A stretch of DNA of 64,000 nucleotides from contig CBDCTK010000002.1 of NCBI GenBank assembly GCA_965222225.1, positions 2,560,001 through 2,624,000 of the forward strand, given 5' to 3'. The stretch is from Candidatus Poribacteria bacterium. GTDB lineage: Bacteria > Poribacteria > WGA-4E > JAJDTR01. The translations under genes were made by a program, and so were the position numbers. Position 1 is the first letter of the stretch. Each line of letters starts with the position of its first letter. Shown here piece after piece: positions 20,463 to 30,514 of the stretch. The notes under the pieces are model-generated. The model was given only the letters and a program-made list of their open reading frames with translations, did not search any database and had not been told where the DNA came from.

Positions 20463-21094
20463 GTGCGCCACGAAGAATCTATCGACTGACTGCTGAAAGT
20501 GCAGTTGGAAAAGTGCAGACCAAACACATTCCATACCGAGTCTTGGGCAGGCGTCGGTAACGGCAGCTGTTAAGCGTAGACAAGGAGGTTGCAGGCTGTA
20601 AGCCTTCTAGCTGAATTGATTGAGCCCCATTAATCCGTTTTCTGAGGTGGCTGAGAGTCTGATTTACCTCGAAAGCAACATCACATATACCGTTATATGG
20701 CAAGGGATATGTGGCACCTTCGGGGTCTAAGAGCACGGCATGTAACTAGAGCCGCTAGGTGAACGTGGGAGATCCTTTAAGCCCTTCGTTTTATCGAAGT
20801 ACCAGCCGACAAGTGTAAAAGCGAGGAAGCTGAGATGGCTTAAAGGAAGTCAGATGGGTTATAGTACCGTAGAAGCGAGGTAATGCTCGCTGAGGGAAGG
20901 ACCCTGGGTAAAACGACCTTTGGAGGGGAAACGTTGTGAGATCATCAGAATCTCAATCAACAACGAAAACGCAACTGAAAAGGATAGCTTGGTTATCCTA
21001 AACCGAGCGAACCGCTCTATCTTGAGCATTGCCTAAATCGGGCACGATGGGATCTAACTTGCGGGAAGCCTAGGTAACAGGGTTTCTCTACCAC
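20463..21094 (+). mobile_element. Apparently full-length, ORF-less group II intron (~630 nt)
   Basis: 5' GTGCG; 3' ...CTCTACCAC; domain V-like GAGCATTGCCTAAATCGGGCACGATGGGATC; residual RT N-terminal codons TKTQLKRIAWLS. Confidence 0.8.
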
Positions 21095-21299
21095 CTTTCA
21101 CTTTTTTAATCCGGCCCCAGGTGGTGGTTAGTTTGTCCCGGAGGGTTACTGGGGTTGCTAATTCCGTCTGCACATCCCCCTCATATCTAATTGCACCACC
21201 TTTTCCTTCGCCCTCCAGTTTGAGTTCTCCATCAAGATACAATCTACCTACCGGATCCTCGTAAGTAGCCACTGCGTGATACCACCTGCCTCTGGTCAT
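21095..21299 (-). pseudogene. LamG protein 3' remnant
   Basis: WYHAVATY...LYLDG...KLTTTWGRIK. Confidence 0.6.
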
Positions 21300-21305
21300 A
21301 TGATA

Positions 21306-22943
21306 CTATTTCACAATGAGCATTCTGCGCGTGGCTTGGGACGAGCCAGCGTGGAGGGTGTAGAAATAGACACCGCTGGAAACCGTCTCTCCGACTCCGT
21401 CTTTACCGTCCCAATAGGCGGCAGTTTCTCGCGTCAGATAACGCCCTGCTTTTTGGACCCCGAGATCCAACTCACGGGTCAGTTGCCCTCGGAGGTTGTA
21501 GATGCGAAAGATCACAGGCACATCGACCACTAATCGATACGGTAACCAGGTCTCTGGGTTAAACGGGTTGGGGAACTTTTGGAGCAGCGCCGTGCGTTTA
21601 ATCTGCCCGAGCGTTGTCACCCTCAATCCAAACGGCTCGACGGGGAATGGCAGCGCGTCGAAATCGTCTGCAATATTATAGACATACGCTGCCGCACCAA
21701 ATCCGAGATTGAGGGGAGGGACCGAAGGGAGGGCATGAGCCGAGACAACGACATGGTCGCCGGCGATAGCCACCCAAGCGCCGAAGGTGATGTTTTGCCC
21801 CTCTTGGTCGGGCGTAACCTTTTTCTTCTCCTGCCAGACCCCGTCCACACTCACAAAAGAATAGACGGCGGCCGAGGCCGGTAGGCCACGTGCTTCGCGT
21901 CTTGGCGCGCCAACGATGGCGGTTTTCCCGTTGGTGGCGACACTCGAGCCGAACCGATCGCTTGGGTTGGTGTCTTCGGCAATCAGCTTGGCTTGTTGAT
22001 TCCACCGCTCGCCATCACGGGTGAAGATATAGGCTGCACCGGCATCTCTTCCGGCATTACTATCATACATTGGCGCTCCAACGATGACCGTATCCCCGCT
22101 CATGGCGATTGTACGTCCGAAATGGTCGCCCTTTCGGGCGTCATCGGCTGTGAGTTTGGCTTGTTGGACCCACGTTTCTCCCTGGCGTTCAAAGACATAG
22201 ACGGCGCCGGCGAGTCTGAGTCCATTATGCGTGTGCTTAGGCGCCTCGATGATGGCGACGTTCTCACGGACGATGGCGGCCTCTCCGAAATTGTCTCCTT
22301 TCCCTAAATCTTGGGGAACGAGCTTGGCCTGCTGTTCCCACCGCTTTCCATCGTGGAAGAAGATATAGGCTGAACCCGAGTCCTGGCCGGCATCATCATC
22401 CTTTGGCACACCAACGATGGCCGTGCTACGGTCAATGGACACAGCATGTCCGAAACGATCGTCATCCTCCGGGTCTGCAGCGACAAGTGTCGCCTGCTGT
22501 TTCCAAGCAGCCCCGCGAGGGGCGAAGATATATGCCGCCCCCTTCATCCCTTTCTTCCAATCCGCAGCTTGGTCACCGGCCCAGTCGGCGCCATGAAGGT
22601 CCGACGGTGCCCCGACGATGGCGATGTTCGCACTGGCCTGAGCATGGCGAGCACTGAGAGAGACTGCCCATCCGAACTCACCAAGCTGCGGGTTGGCTGG
22701 ATCTCGGTCTTCCAAACGAAGCTCCGCCAACTCTTTCCAGTTTTTGCCCCTGCCGATATAGATTTTCGCGACGCCCACCTTTTCGGCTCCCGCGACTATG
22801 GAATCCCCGATAATATCAGCGGACAAATGAAGACCCCGTGTTTCAGGGTCAGCGATAAGCTTGACTTCCTCTTCGGCGAGACTGATGGCCCCCGGTCCAA
22901 TACCGAGGACGAGACTGATAAGGAGAAACTGTGCCGTTTTCAT
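21306..22943 (-). CDS. Secreted FG-GAP repeat beta-propeller protein with FlgD-Ig/T9SS-like C-terminal domain
   Basis: Signal peptide; repeated FG.AV...IVGAP...GAAYIF...W.QQAKL; PNPFNPETW. Confidence 0.88.
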   Translation of the reverse strand: MKTAQFLLISLVLGIGPGAISLAEEEVKLIADPETRGLHLSADIIGDSIVAGAEKVGVAKIYIGRGKNWKELAELRLEDRDPANPQLGEFGWAVSLSARHAQASANIAIVGAPSDLHGADWAGDQAADWKKGMKGAAYIFAPRGAAWKQQATLVAADPEDDDRFGHAVSIDRSTAIVGVPKDDDAGQDSGSAYIFFHDGKRWEQQAKLVPQDLGKGDNFGEAAIVRENVAIIEAPKHTHNGLRLAGAVYVFERQGETWVQQAKLTADDARKGDHFGRTIAMSGDTVIVGAPMYDSNAGRDAGAAYIFTRDGERWNQQAKLIAEDTNPSDRFGSSVATNGKTAIVGAPRREARGLPASAAVYSFVSVDGVWQEKKKVTPDQEGQNITFGAWVAIAGDHVVVSAHALPSVPPLNLGFGAAAYVYNIADDFDALPFPVEPFGLRVTTLGQIKRTALLQKFPNPFNPETWLPYRLVVDVPVIFRIYNLRGQLTRELDLGVQKAGRYLTRETAAYWDGKDGVGETVSSGVYFYTLHAGSSQATRRMLIVK

Positions 22944-23005
22944 GGTAATCTCCTTCCGATGTTGATTGATGTTAAGAAGATATCGACAATGGCCTGTTTT
23001 CGACC

Positions 23006-23767
23006 CTACGGCGCCTCTCTGTCACTTCGTGGTTTCTCATTATTAATCCCGCAGTCTGCAATCTTCGTGTGCGCGTTAGAAGTGCCGTAGGTGACTAATG
23101 GACCAATGCCCCCTAGATTGTTGACCTTTCTCTTCAATCGACCCCTGCCATTATAGTACATTGCCATGAATTCTAAGTTCTCAACGACTGCCAGATGAAC
23201 AAACGTGCCTGCATCATTCCACTTCAGTCCGCGTCCTAGGAATTTAAAGGTCACGTGGATGCATTCCTTGGGGATCAAACATCCCACATCGTGATGTTGA
23301 TTCGGGTGGGGCAGAGGTTTCTCATGTGTTGCTGTTGTCGGCTACGCCCACGGCATAGCAGAATTTGAGCCAAAGTTAAACCTTTCAATGGCGTCATGTG
23401 GCCCGTCACCAGTGGGTACGTCAGGGTTTCTATTGAGCCGTCCGACGTTGGTAAATGCCGAGAGATTACTCAACAATGATTTTCCCAAGTCAATACATGG
23501 CGTTTGCTGGTGAATAAATCTTGCGAAGGGAAAGTTGATTGCGCTGCCTAATGGCCGGTCGTCGTAGAGTACATTGTCTATTACTTGACCGTGGTTGTGC
23601 TTTCCAGACCAATCCAGTACCAAGTCTCCAGCCTTCACATCATCAAAAAGGAAAGCGACAATAACAGTTTCAGGGTCGATTTCGGCAGAACTTAGGTTTG
23701 TGAACACCAGACTCACGCAGATTGAACCAATATAGATTAAGATGAGCCTCGTTGGCAAAGTTTTCAT
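23006..23767 (-). pseudogene. Fragmented LamG-family protein
   Basis: Signal peptide plus AEIDPETV...DWSGKHNHG; downstream fragment HLAVV...MYYNG. Confidence 0.55.
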
Positions 23768-24314
23768 CGTAACTCCGTCGCTTCCTGAATTGGGGAAGAA
23801 TCACTAAAAGAGGTCGATGAAGTCGAGGGGAAACTTGACAGGAACTCAGTTTTGGTATGCAAGAATCGGTGCCATATCCACTCTAGACAAGGTCTACCGC
23901 GGCATCTTCTTAGCTCCATTATTTCTGAATCGGAGACATTCTAGCACTTTCTGGCGAAATGTCAATTAGAACGATACGATTCTGTTTGTCTCCGTGAGAA
24001 AAAACGCATAGCGATAACCCGTAGGTTGGGTTGAACTATCAAGCGAGCGAATAGTGAGTAGGATTCTCTATCGCCAAATCCCCATATAAAGTACACAAAA
24101 GTCCGTAACGACTTATTACGGCGGTAGCTTGTACCACAAACTGTTAGATTGTGCTTTCCGCAAACTAACAGTTTGCGGTACAGATTCTATTCAAAATTAC
24201 CATCCCATCCTTCCCATCTTCCATCCTTCCGCTCATTACACCATTCCAACTCTTCACTCACCATCAACAACCAAAAATCAGATGCGATTCCCCTGGATTG
24301 GGCAATACAATAAC

Positions 24315-24342
24315 TTGACAAGCGCGTATTTTTTGTAATAAT
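24315..24342 (+). promoter_or_regulatory. Sigma70-like promoter upstream of the tRNA pair
   Basis: TTGACA-16 nt-AATAAT. Confidence 0.5.
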
Positions 24343-24360
24343 AGAGTTTGCATAGGATGT

Positions 24361-24431
24361 TGCCCGGTCGTCTAATGGCAGAACGCATGGCTCTGGACCA
24401 TGTTGCGAAGGTTCGGGGCCTTCCCGAGCAG
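24361..24431 (+). tRNA. tRNA-Gln(CTG), degenerate
   Basis: Acceptor TGCCCGG/CCGAGCA (1 mismatch); anticodon arm CATGG-CTCTGGA-CCATG; T arm GAAGG-TTCGGGG-CCTTC; no CCA. Confidence 0.75.
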
Positions 24432-24438
24432 CCGATGA

Positions 24439-24508
24439 GGCGCTATCGCCTAGGGTTAGGACGGGTGGTTTTCAGCCATCAAACCGGGGTTCGATTCCCC
24501 TGGCGCTA
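24439..24508 (+). tRNA. tRNA-Glu(TTC), degenerate
   Basis: Acceptor GGCGCTA/TGGCGCT; anticodon arm GGTGG-TTTTCAG-CCATC; T stem one base short; no CCA. Confidence 0.7.
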
Positions 24509-24539
24509 TCTTTGACTTACGTGATGTTCCTAGGATGTA

Positions 24540-24932
24540 ATGTGGACTAATCCAAAACGCATAAATCTAGACTCTCCGTTCGTTTACTATATTTCTATCA
24601 CTGACGATACCGGCAGCGAGTATAGATACATCGGTAAAGCTAGGCATAAGGGGCGTCTCAAGGAATATAAAAGAAACATGCGCAAAATTCGTGACCGGAA
24701 ACAGCGTGCATCGAATCAAAAATATCGGGCTGTTCATTTTGTGCTCTACAAAGCAATTGAAAATAATTGGAAAATTAAGTTTTACCCTTTGGAAGCATGT
24801 TCAGAAGGCGAATTGGGCGCCGTAGAAAAGCGATTGATTGTGGAATTTGGATGCAATCTAAACCGCGGGCGCATGTGGGCAATTGAGGAGATATGCACCT
24901 TGGAAATTGAGGATATTGTCCCAAATGTGTGA
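24540..24932 (+). CDS. Small GIY-YIG-like nuclease
   Basis: FVYYI...YRYIGKA...RLKEY...E..LI....LN pattern; low GC. Confidence 0.6.
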   Translation: MWTNPKRINLDSPFVYYISITDDTGSEYRYIGKARHKGRLKEYKRNMRKIRDRKQRASNQKYRAVHFVLYKAIENNWKIKFYPLEACSEGELGAVEKRLIVEFGCNLNRGRMWAIEEICTLEIEDIVPNV

Positions 24933-25222
24933 CGCCTAGGAACCTAAGAAATCGTTCGCATTGCTGCTACTGATTATCCAATCCCCCATCCCCTCCACGT
25001 CTTTCCCCCGCCTAGTAGATGTCATAAACTTCGCACAATTCTTTTCAACATGCCCGCCCTAAACACCGCCTAGAATGCCAAGAGATGCAGTTCGGACAAT
25101 TGGCTGTGCCAACGTTGATTTCTGCTTTCCGCTTGCCAACCCTAGGGGATTCTGTTATAGTTCATCTCATCAACTGACGTGCAGACGCAGAACATCTCGT
25201 TAAAACGGAGGAGACAACAAGC

Positions 25223-25756
25223 ATGGCACAGAATTGGATTGAACTCTTTAGCGGAAAAGACCTTACCGGTTGGCGAATGCGGCATTCGGACCGAGATCAC
25301 ACATGGGCAGTTCACGACGGCATCTTGGACAATTTGGGTCAAGGGGTGGACATTCTCACCGAGCAGGAGTTCGGCGATTTCGAGTTGCACATCGAATATC
25401 TCGTGCCGGAGGATAGCAACAGCGGCATCTATCTCCGGGGACGCTACGAGCTTCAGATTCTTGATAGTCTCGGCAAGACCTACTCCTATCCGGCTGAGAA
25501 CGGGGCGCTGTACAATCAGAAGCGCGTGGATGTGGAGGCTAGCAAACCGGCGGGTGAATGGCAAACGCTGGAGGCGACACTCAACGGCATGGTTCTAACC
25601 GTGTTTCTGAACGGCGCCAAGATTCACGATAACGTGACGATTGAGGGACCGACGGGCGGACAACTCGCGGATGACAATCCACCCGGAGGACCTATCATGT
25701 TGCAGGGCGATCATGGGCCTGTCCAGTTCCGCAATATTCGGATTCGTGAGTTATAA
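25223..25756 (+). CDS. DUF1080 / 3-keto-disaccharide hydrolase family
   Basis: LFSGKDLTGW, NSGIYLRGRYELQI, LQGDHGPVQFRNIRIREL. Confidence 0.88.
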   Translation: MAQNWIELFSGKDLTGWRMRHSDRDHTWAVHDGILDNLGQGVDILTEQEFGDFELHIEYLVPEDSNSGIYLRGRYELQILDSLGKTYSYPAENGALYNQKRVDVEASKPAGEWQTLEATLNGMVLTVFLNGAKIHDNVTIEGPTGGQLADDNPPGGPIMLQGDHGPVQFRNIRIREL

Positions 25757-26011
25757 TACCATTTCTATATATTGGCAGTGCATTAATAGCGTCAATCAAG
25801 TCTTTCCAAAGCGAGGCAAGGGGATCTCTATGGGAACTCTATCGCGGTCACTGTTCGTTCCCTTGATCCCTCGCTACTCACTCGGTTGATTCCCGCCTAC
25901 GAGGTTTAGCGTGAAGGGCAACTGTTGGTATGGGTTGTGTCATAAGTATAATGGAAAACACTATATGCACTGTTATTCAAGCGAAATGGTATAATCAGGA
26001 ATCCAAAAAAA

Positions 26012-26042
26012 GAAACCGAGTTTGCGGAAAAAACTCGGTTTC
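26012..26042. repeat. Palindromic repeat family A (GAAACCGAGTTTT-n-AAAAACTCGGTTTC)
   Basis: Other copies at ~38462, 41573, 47617, 51794, 55720; half copies at ~33590 and ~58837. Confidence 0.85.
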
Positions 26043-26075
26043 GCGTCACTATTGCTCTACCGGCGCCAAGAGGAA

Positions 26076-27872
26076 TTACTCGGCAATAACAGCTATCTTT
26101 ACGCCCGCGTTCTCTGAATTGCCATTCGAATTCGTTGCGTGCACCTGACAGACATACATGCCACCCGCGACTCGATCCCCATCCGTTTTGTCCCCGTCCC
26201 AATAAAACTCGTCGTTCACCCCCAATCGCCCACCGTTGTTTCCTGCGCGGAATTTACGTTCGAAGATTTTCTCTCCGACCAAGGTGTAAATCGTAACATC
26301 TACGTCGGCGTCTTGATTCAGCACGTACGACAGCTTCATGCCCTGGTCCGGAGTACCGAAGCGCGCCGGATTCGGGTATGCCATGATATTCGCAATCACC
26401 AATTGACTATCATGCACTATTGTATCTCCGGCTTCTGTAATGGGTTGCGCCAGTTCCGCCAGTGTGGCAACCGCCAATTGGACAGCCCGCTTCCCCAAAG
26501 GCAAGGTAATTTGATCGAGGGTGTCTATTTCGCTATGGATATAGTCGGTTGATTCCGGTGCATTAAAGGTAGATTCCTCCGAGACCATAACCGCAGGGAC
26601 TCCGATTTTCCAGAATGGGGAATGATCGCTAAAGATAAAGCTGGGGTCGTTCTTTTTGCGCAACTCGACATCGATATTGTACCGTTGCGCCGCCGTACCA
26701 AAAGCGTTCACGAGCCACTGAGAGCTTTCATCGCCCAGCACGTGGATATCCAGAACCCCGTCTTCATCATGCCCCAAGAGATCGAAATTCAGCACGCCGG
26801 CAATCTGATCGCCGCGTTCCGTCACGAGTTTGCTGTAGTGCTCGCTCCCAAAAAGAAACAGTTCCTCGCCGGTGAAGGCGATGAACTTGATAGTAAAGTC
26901 GAAATCCTGCCGACTGATGATGCGCGCGGTTTCAAGGATTTCAGCGATTCCCGATGCGTTGTCCGAAGCCCCGGGCGCGGGCAAAATGTGCCAATTCGCG
27001 TCCCAGCCGGAAGTCTTGAAGGAAATACTGTCATAGTGACCCGTCATCAGAAAGATACGATCTCGGTTGGGCCCCTTCCCCGGCAGGGTCGCAACAACGT
27101 TCCGCATAACATATTCACCCAACAGTGGCCCGCCCAAGCCTCCTCGGCGACGATGCGGAAACGAATCAAATTCAACCTCTAGCCCGTAACTACGGAACTG
27201 GTCGGCGATATAATCCGCCGCATTGTCGCAGGCGTGATCGGGGGTCGGTCTGCCATCGTGTTGGACGGCGTCGCGCACGCGGAGCGCGTACCGGCTTCTG
27301 AAGAAATGCCCAGGACGTTCCAGGTCCTGGTTCTCAACAAGCGCCTTAATCAAGTCGAACCAGCGATTGGCATCAACCTCTTGAAGCAGGGATTGAATAA
27401 TAGCTTGGTTTTGAGGCGCTGCGGAGACGCTCGGCGCAAATAACGACTGGTCAAATGCGGCAATCTTCACTTCAGTTGGCAGCCTAGCTCGATGGTGCCC
27501 GGGAATCTTGAGCAATTTTCCCTCAATTTCGCCCGGCAATTTAACCAGAAATATCCCATCAAAGGCGTCCAGTAATTCTCCGTACTTCTCGGCTTCCGAC
27601 TGCGTTCCCAGGCGAAGCAGGTAGTAGTTGAACTCGGGCAGCACGACATCCAGAACCTCGGCATGAGAAAGGGCTGGCAGGGCGCTTCGGCTCGCTTGAA
27701 CGATGGAGAAGTCGCGGGTGCGATAACGCAACTTCAACCCGTATCTCTCGGTCAAGACACGGAGTTGTTGATTGGAGTTTTCAGGGATTTTGAGGAGCAA
27801 CTCCTCTTGATCCGAAACTAGGGGTGTGCTGGAAAGGAGGAAAAACAAAATTGAAATTGCTAGTTTGCGCAT
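26076..27872 (-). CDS. M28 family metallopeptidase with C-terminal FlgD-Ig-like domain
   Basis: GHYDS, GASDNASG, FTGEEL, NFDLLG, SDHSPF, IHS..D; AYPNP...WDG. Confidence 0.88.
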   Translation of the reverse strand: MRKLAISILFFLLSSTPLVSDQEELLLKIPENSNQQLRVLTERYGLKLRYRTRDFSIVQASRSALPALSHAEVLDVVLPEFNYYLLRLGTQSEAEKYGELLDAFDGIFLVKLPGEIEGKLLKIPGHHRARLPTEVKIAAFDQSLFAPSVSAAPQNQAIIQSLLQEVDANRWFDLIKALVENQDLERPGHFFRSRYALRVRDAVQHDGRPTPDHACDNAADYIADQFRSYGLEVEFDSFPHRRRGGLGGPLLGEYVMRNVVATLPGKGPNRDRIFLMTGHYDSISFKTSGWDANWHILPAPGASDNASGIAEILETARIISRQDFDFTIKFIAFTGEELFLFGSEHYSKLVTERGDQIAGVLNFDLLGHDEDGVLDIHVLGDESSQWLVNAFGTAAQRYNIDVELRKKNDPSFIFSDHSPFWKIGVPAVMVSEESTFNAPESTDYIHSEIDTLDQITLPLGKRAVQLAVATLAELAQPITEAGDTIVHDSQLVIANIMAYPNPARFGTPDQGMKLSYVLNQDADVDVTIYTLVGEKIFERKFRAGNNGGRLGVNDEFYWDGDKTDGDRVAGGMYVCQVHATNSNGNSENAGVKIAVIAE

Positions 27873-28009
27873 CTAAAAAGCGGTTCCTAAGAGTAACTTA
27901 TGGATTCGGAGATTTGCAGTGAGAACGGCAAGTATTCTACAAAACAGCGACGCCCGGCGTCAATGTCAATTTCGTTCGCCGCAGGTTAAAGATGACGACG
28001 GCTTCTCGT

Positions 28010-28918
28010 CTACGATGTCTCCTCCAAGACGCTCCGTAAGACTCCGGCTTGCGCTTCCAATCGGGATACCGCATCATCGTATCCCACTCCCGCCGCCAGC
28101 ATGACTATCGCGGTTTTGACGCTGCCGCACGCACGCGTCAGTGCTTCTTGAGCCGTATCGAAGTCCGCACCCGTCACTTCCACAATGATGCGTATTCCCC
28201 GGTCGGTCAGCTTGGCGTTGGAGGATTGCAGGTCGACCATCAGGTTGTTGTATACCTTGCCGATTTTAATCATTGAGATAGTCGAAAGCATGTTTAGCAC
28301 GAGCTTTGTAGCCGTTCCGGCTTTCAGACGGGTAGACCCCGTAATAATCTCGGGTCCCACGATTGGAGCGATGCAAACATCTACAAACTCTCTCAGGACA
28401 TCGGCGGCGGGACTACAGCAGAGGAAGATTGTCTTTGCACCAAGTCTGTGCGCCTCTTTCAGTGCGCCGATGACGTAAGGGGTGTACCCGCTGCTGGCAA
28501 TGCCAACTAGGACATCTTGCTCTGCTACGCCTCGCTCGCGGATTGCTTGTGCGCCGATCTCAGGCTTATCCTCCGCAGCTTCCACAGAGCGTCGCAAGGC
28601 ACGGTCACCCCCGGCGATAATTCCCTGCACCATGTCGGGATGGGTGCTGAACGTCGGGGGACATTCGGAGGCATCCAGAACGCCCAGTCTGCCGCTCGTC
28701 CCGGCGCCGATGTAAAAGAGTCGCCCATCCCGTCGGAAGGTGTCTGTAATGAGTTCAACACCTTGCGTAATTGACCCGGACACAGCCTCCACGGAAGCCA
28801 GTAGCTTTTGATTCTCTTCGTGAAAAATCTCGACAATCTCTTCTGTTGATTTGAGATCGATGTCCAGCGAGTTGGGATTTCGGTGCTCGGTGATGAGTTC
28901 GGAGAGGTTCATTCGCAT
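28010..28918 (-). CDS. murQ: N-acetylmuramic acid 6-phosphate etherase
   Basis: GAGTSGRLGVLDASECPPTF, GPEIITGSTRLKAGTATKLVLN. Confidence 0.96.
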   Translation of the reverse strand: MRMNLSELITEHRNPNSLDIDLKSTEEIVEIFHEENQKLLASVEAVSGSITQGVELITDTFRRDGRLFYIGAGTSGRLGVLDASECPPTFSTHPDMVQGIIAGGDRALRRSVEAAEDKPEIGAQAIRERGVAEQDVLVGIASSGYTPYVIGALKEAHRLGAKTIFLCCSPAADVLREFVDVCIAPIVGPEIITGSTRLKAGTATKLVLNMLSTISMIKIGKVYNNLMVDLQSSNAKLTDRGIRIIVEVTGADFDTAQEALTRACGSVKTAIVMLAAGVGYDDAVSRLEAQAGVLRSVLEETS

Positions 28919-29004
28919 AGGAAGACAGTGGCTAGTGGTCAGTGATTTGCGGGTCAGTCATTATTGTACCATTTCGCTATATTGGCAAAGTCGCGATTCG
29001 GAGA

Positions 29005-29049
29005 GGGATCTCTATCGCACTCACTATTCATTCGCTTGATCGCTCCTAC
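29005..29049 (+). repeat. Dispersed repeat family C (GGATCTCTATCGC..TCACTATTCATTCGCTTGATC)
   Basis: Related copies at ~25820, 33449, 41430-41550, 44997, 47556, 55890, 63198. Confidence 0.75.
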
Positions 29050-29073
29050 CGGGTGTCCACCGCGTAAGTTTTT

Positions 29074-29094
29074 GTAGGGTGGGCATTGCCCACC
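29074..29094 (+). repeat. GTAG-type REP family (GTAGGGTGGGCANTGCCCACC)
   Basis: Reverse copies at 51850-51870 and 55785-55805; related GTAG hairpins at 24021, 34697, 41176, 41374, 57378. Confidence 0.8.
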
Positions 29095-29301
29095 TCTCCA
29101 AACGCGTTACTCTCATCGTATACCCAATTCAAACCTACACTGCGGTTCCGCCGTGACCTGCTTCGTAGTAGGAATCGGTGATTTAAGCGTAGGAGTTTGA
29201 ATGAAGAAACCTTTAGAGTCTGTTTTAAGATCCATCTCTGGTTTTCTGTCGCTTCTATCGAAGCAGTCGCGATTTGGAAATCGCGTCCACACGGTTATAG
29301 T

Positions 29302-30262
29302 TTACACTGAGTCTTCTTCCATCTTGTCCTTTTCAGGATCATACAAACGGTACTTTCCCCTTGCTATTTTCCAGTACCTATCCTCGGTGCGGGAATAATG
29401 ACGGCGTGAACAACTATTGACACACCCCGCTGCTATCTCCGGATTTAAGTTTCTCATGTTAAAATTAGGATTCGTTTCTAAGATGGTTCGTTTAAGATCT
29501 TTCATGGCAAATTCGATGCCCGTATCCCCGCCTGTAAATTCGCGTACCGCGTCCCATACCTCCTGTTTTACCGGTGTATCGCCCGACCATCGTGGAGGAA
29601 GTGGAGGACGTTGTTGCTGGGCGCTAGGGGCGGCGAATCCTTCATCTCCAACCTTTGTTTCCGTATTGACGAGGACTTCACCAGACTCCGTTTCAAAGGT
29701 GGAAACATCTATGCAGCTGACATCCATACCGTGTGAAGTTCGGAGAAATCGGCAAACACCCGCGACTCGCGATGGAATTTCTTCCGCAACTATGAACAGA
29801 CGCAAACGCTGTTTGAGTTCTGGAAGTTTGTCGGTTTTAGGCATGTCAAATAGATCCCTGAAGGCATCATCGAAAGTTTTTCCTTGGAGCCCGTCGCGAG
29901 TTTCAAAGTAAGCTTCAGCTATCTCGCGAATCTGGGATTGTGAAAGTCCATCTACCCATGCTGCGTAATCAAGGAGTTGTGCTATTATGTCGCGGGGGGT
30001 ACGACCCTTTTTCAGTTCAGCCACGACGAGGTTCCCTTCAGCATCAACCCCAAGTAGGTCAGAATAGATGGTCCCGTCTTCATCTTTAGCACTCGTGCCT
30101 GCCAATCCAGAGAATGTGTTCATCTTGGACGAGTGCCACTGGACTGTTTTCGAGCCAATCCTCCAGATAGCGTTCAAGTTCAAGGTTTGTTCCTTTCGCA
30201 ATAACGAGTGCCGCTTTGGACATATCGTCACCTTCCAATTTTTCTAATCTAAAAATAGCCAT
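29302..30262 (-). pseudogene. NucS/DUF91-like PD-(D/E)xK nuclease, frameshifted near 30090
   Basis: N-terminus MAIF...LERYLEDWLENSP...WIGR in one frame; SDLLGVD...VVAELKKGRTPRDIIAQLLDYAAW in another. Confidence 0.7.
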
Positions 30263-30514
30263 TGTTCTTCCTCGGTTCTCCATGATACCGATAATAGTTA
30301 AGCATTTGTTGTTCCCAAAACTATTGATGTGGTAAAAGCAGGTTGTTTTGGTATCCCCGCACACCCTGCAAAGCGGGGTTCAAAGAAAGGAATAACCCGA
30401 CGGACCGCTTGGCGGACAGACGCACAGGAGCACTGACTTCCCACCTGCCCGTTAAATCAGCGTGCGGGGACTGGAACAAGATGGTATGTTGAGATTCCTT
30501 CAACCCAACCTGCA

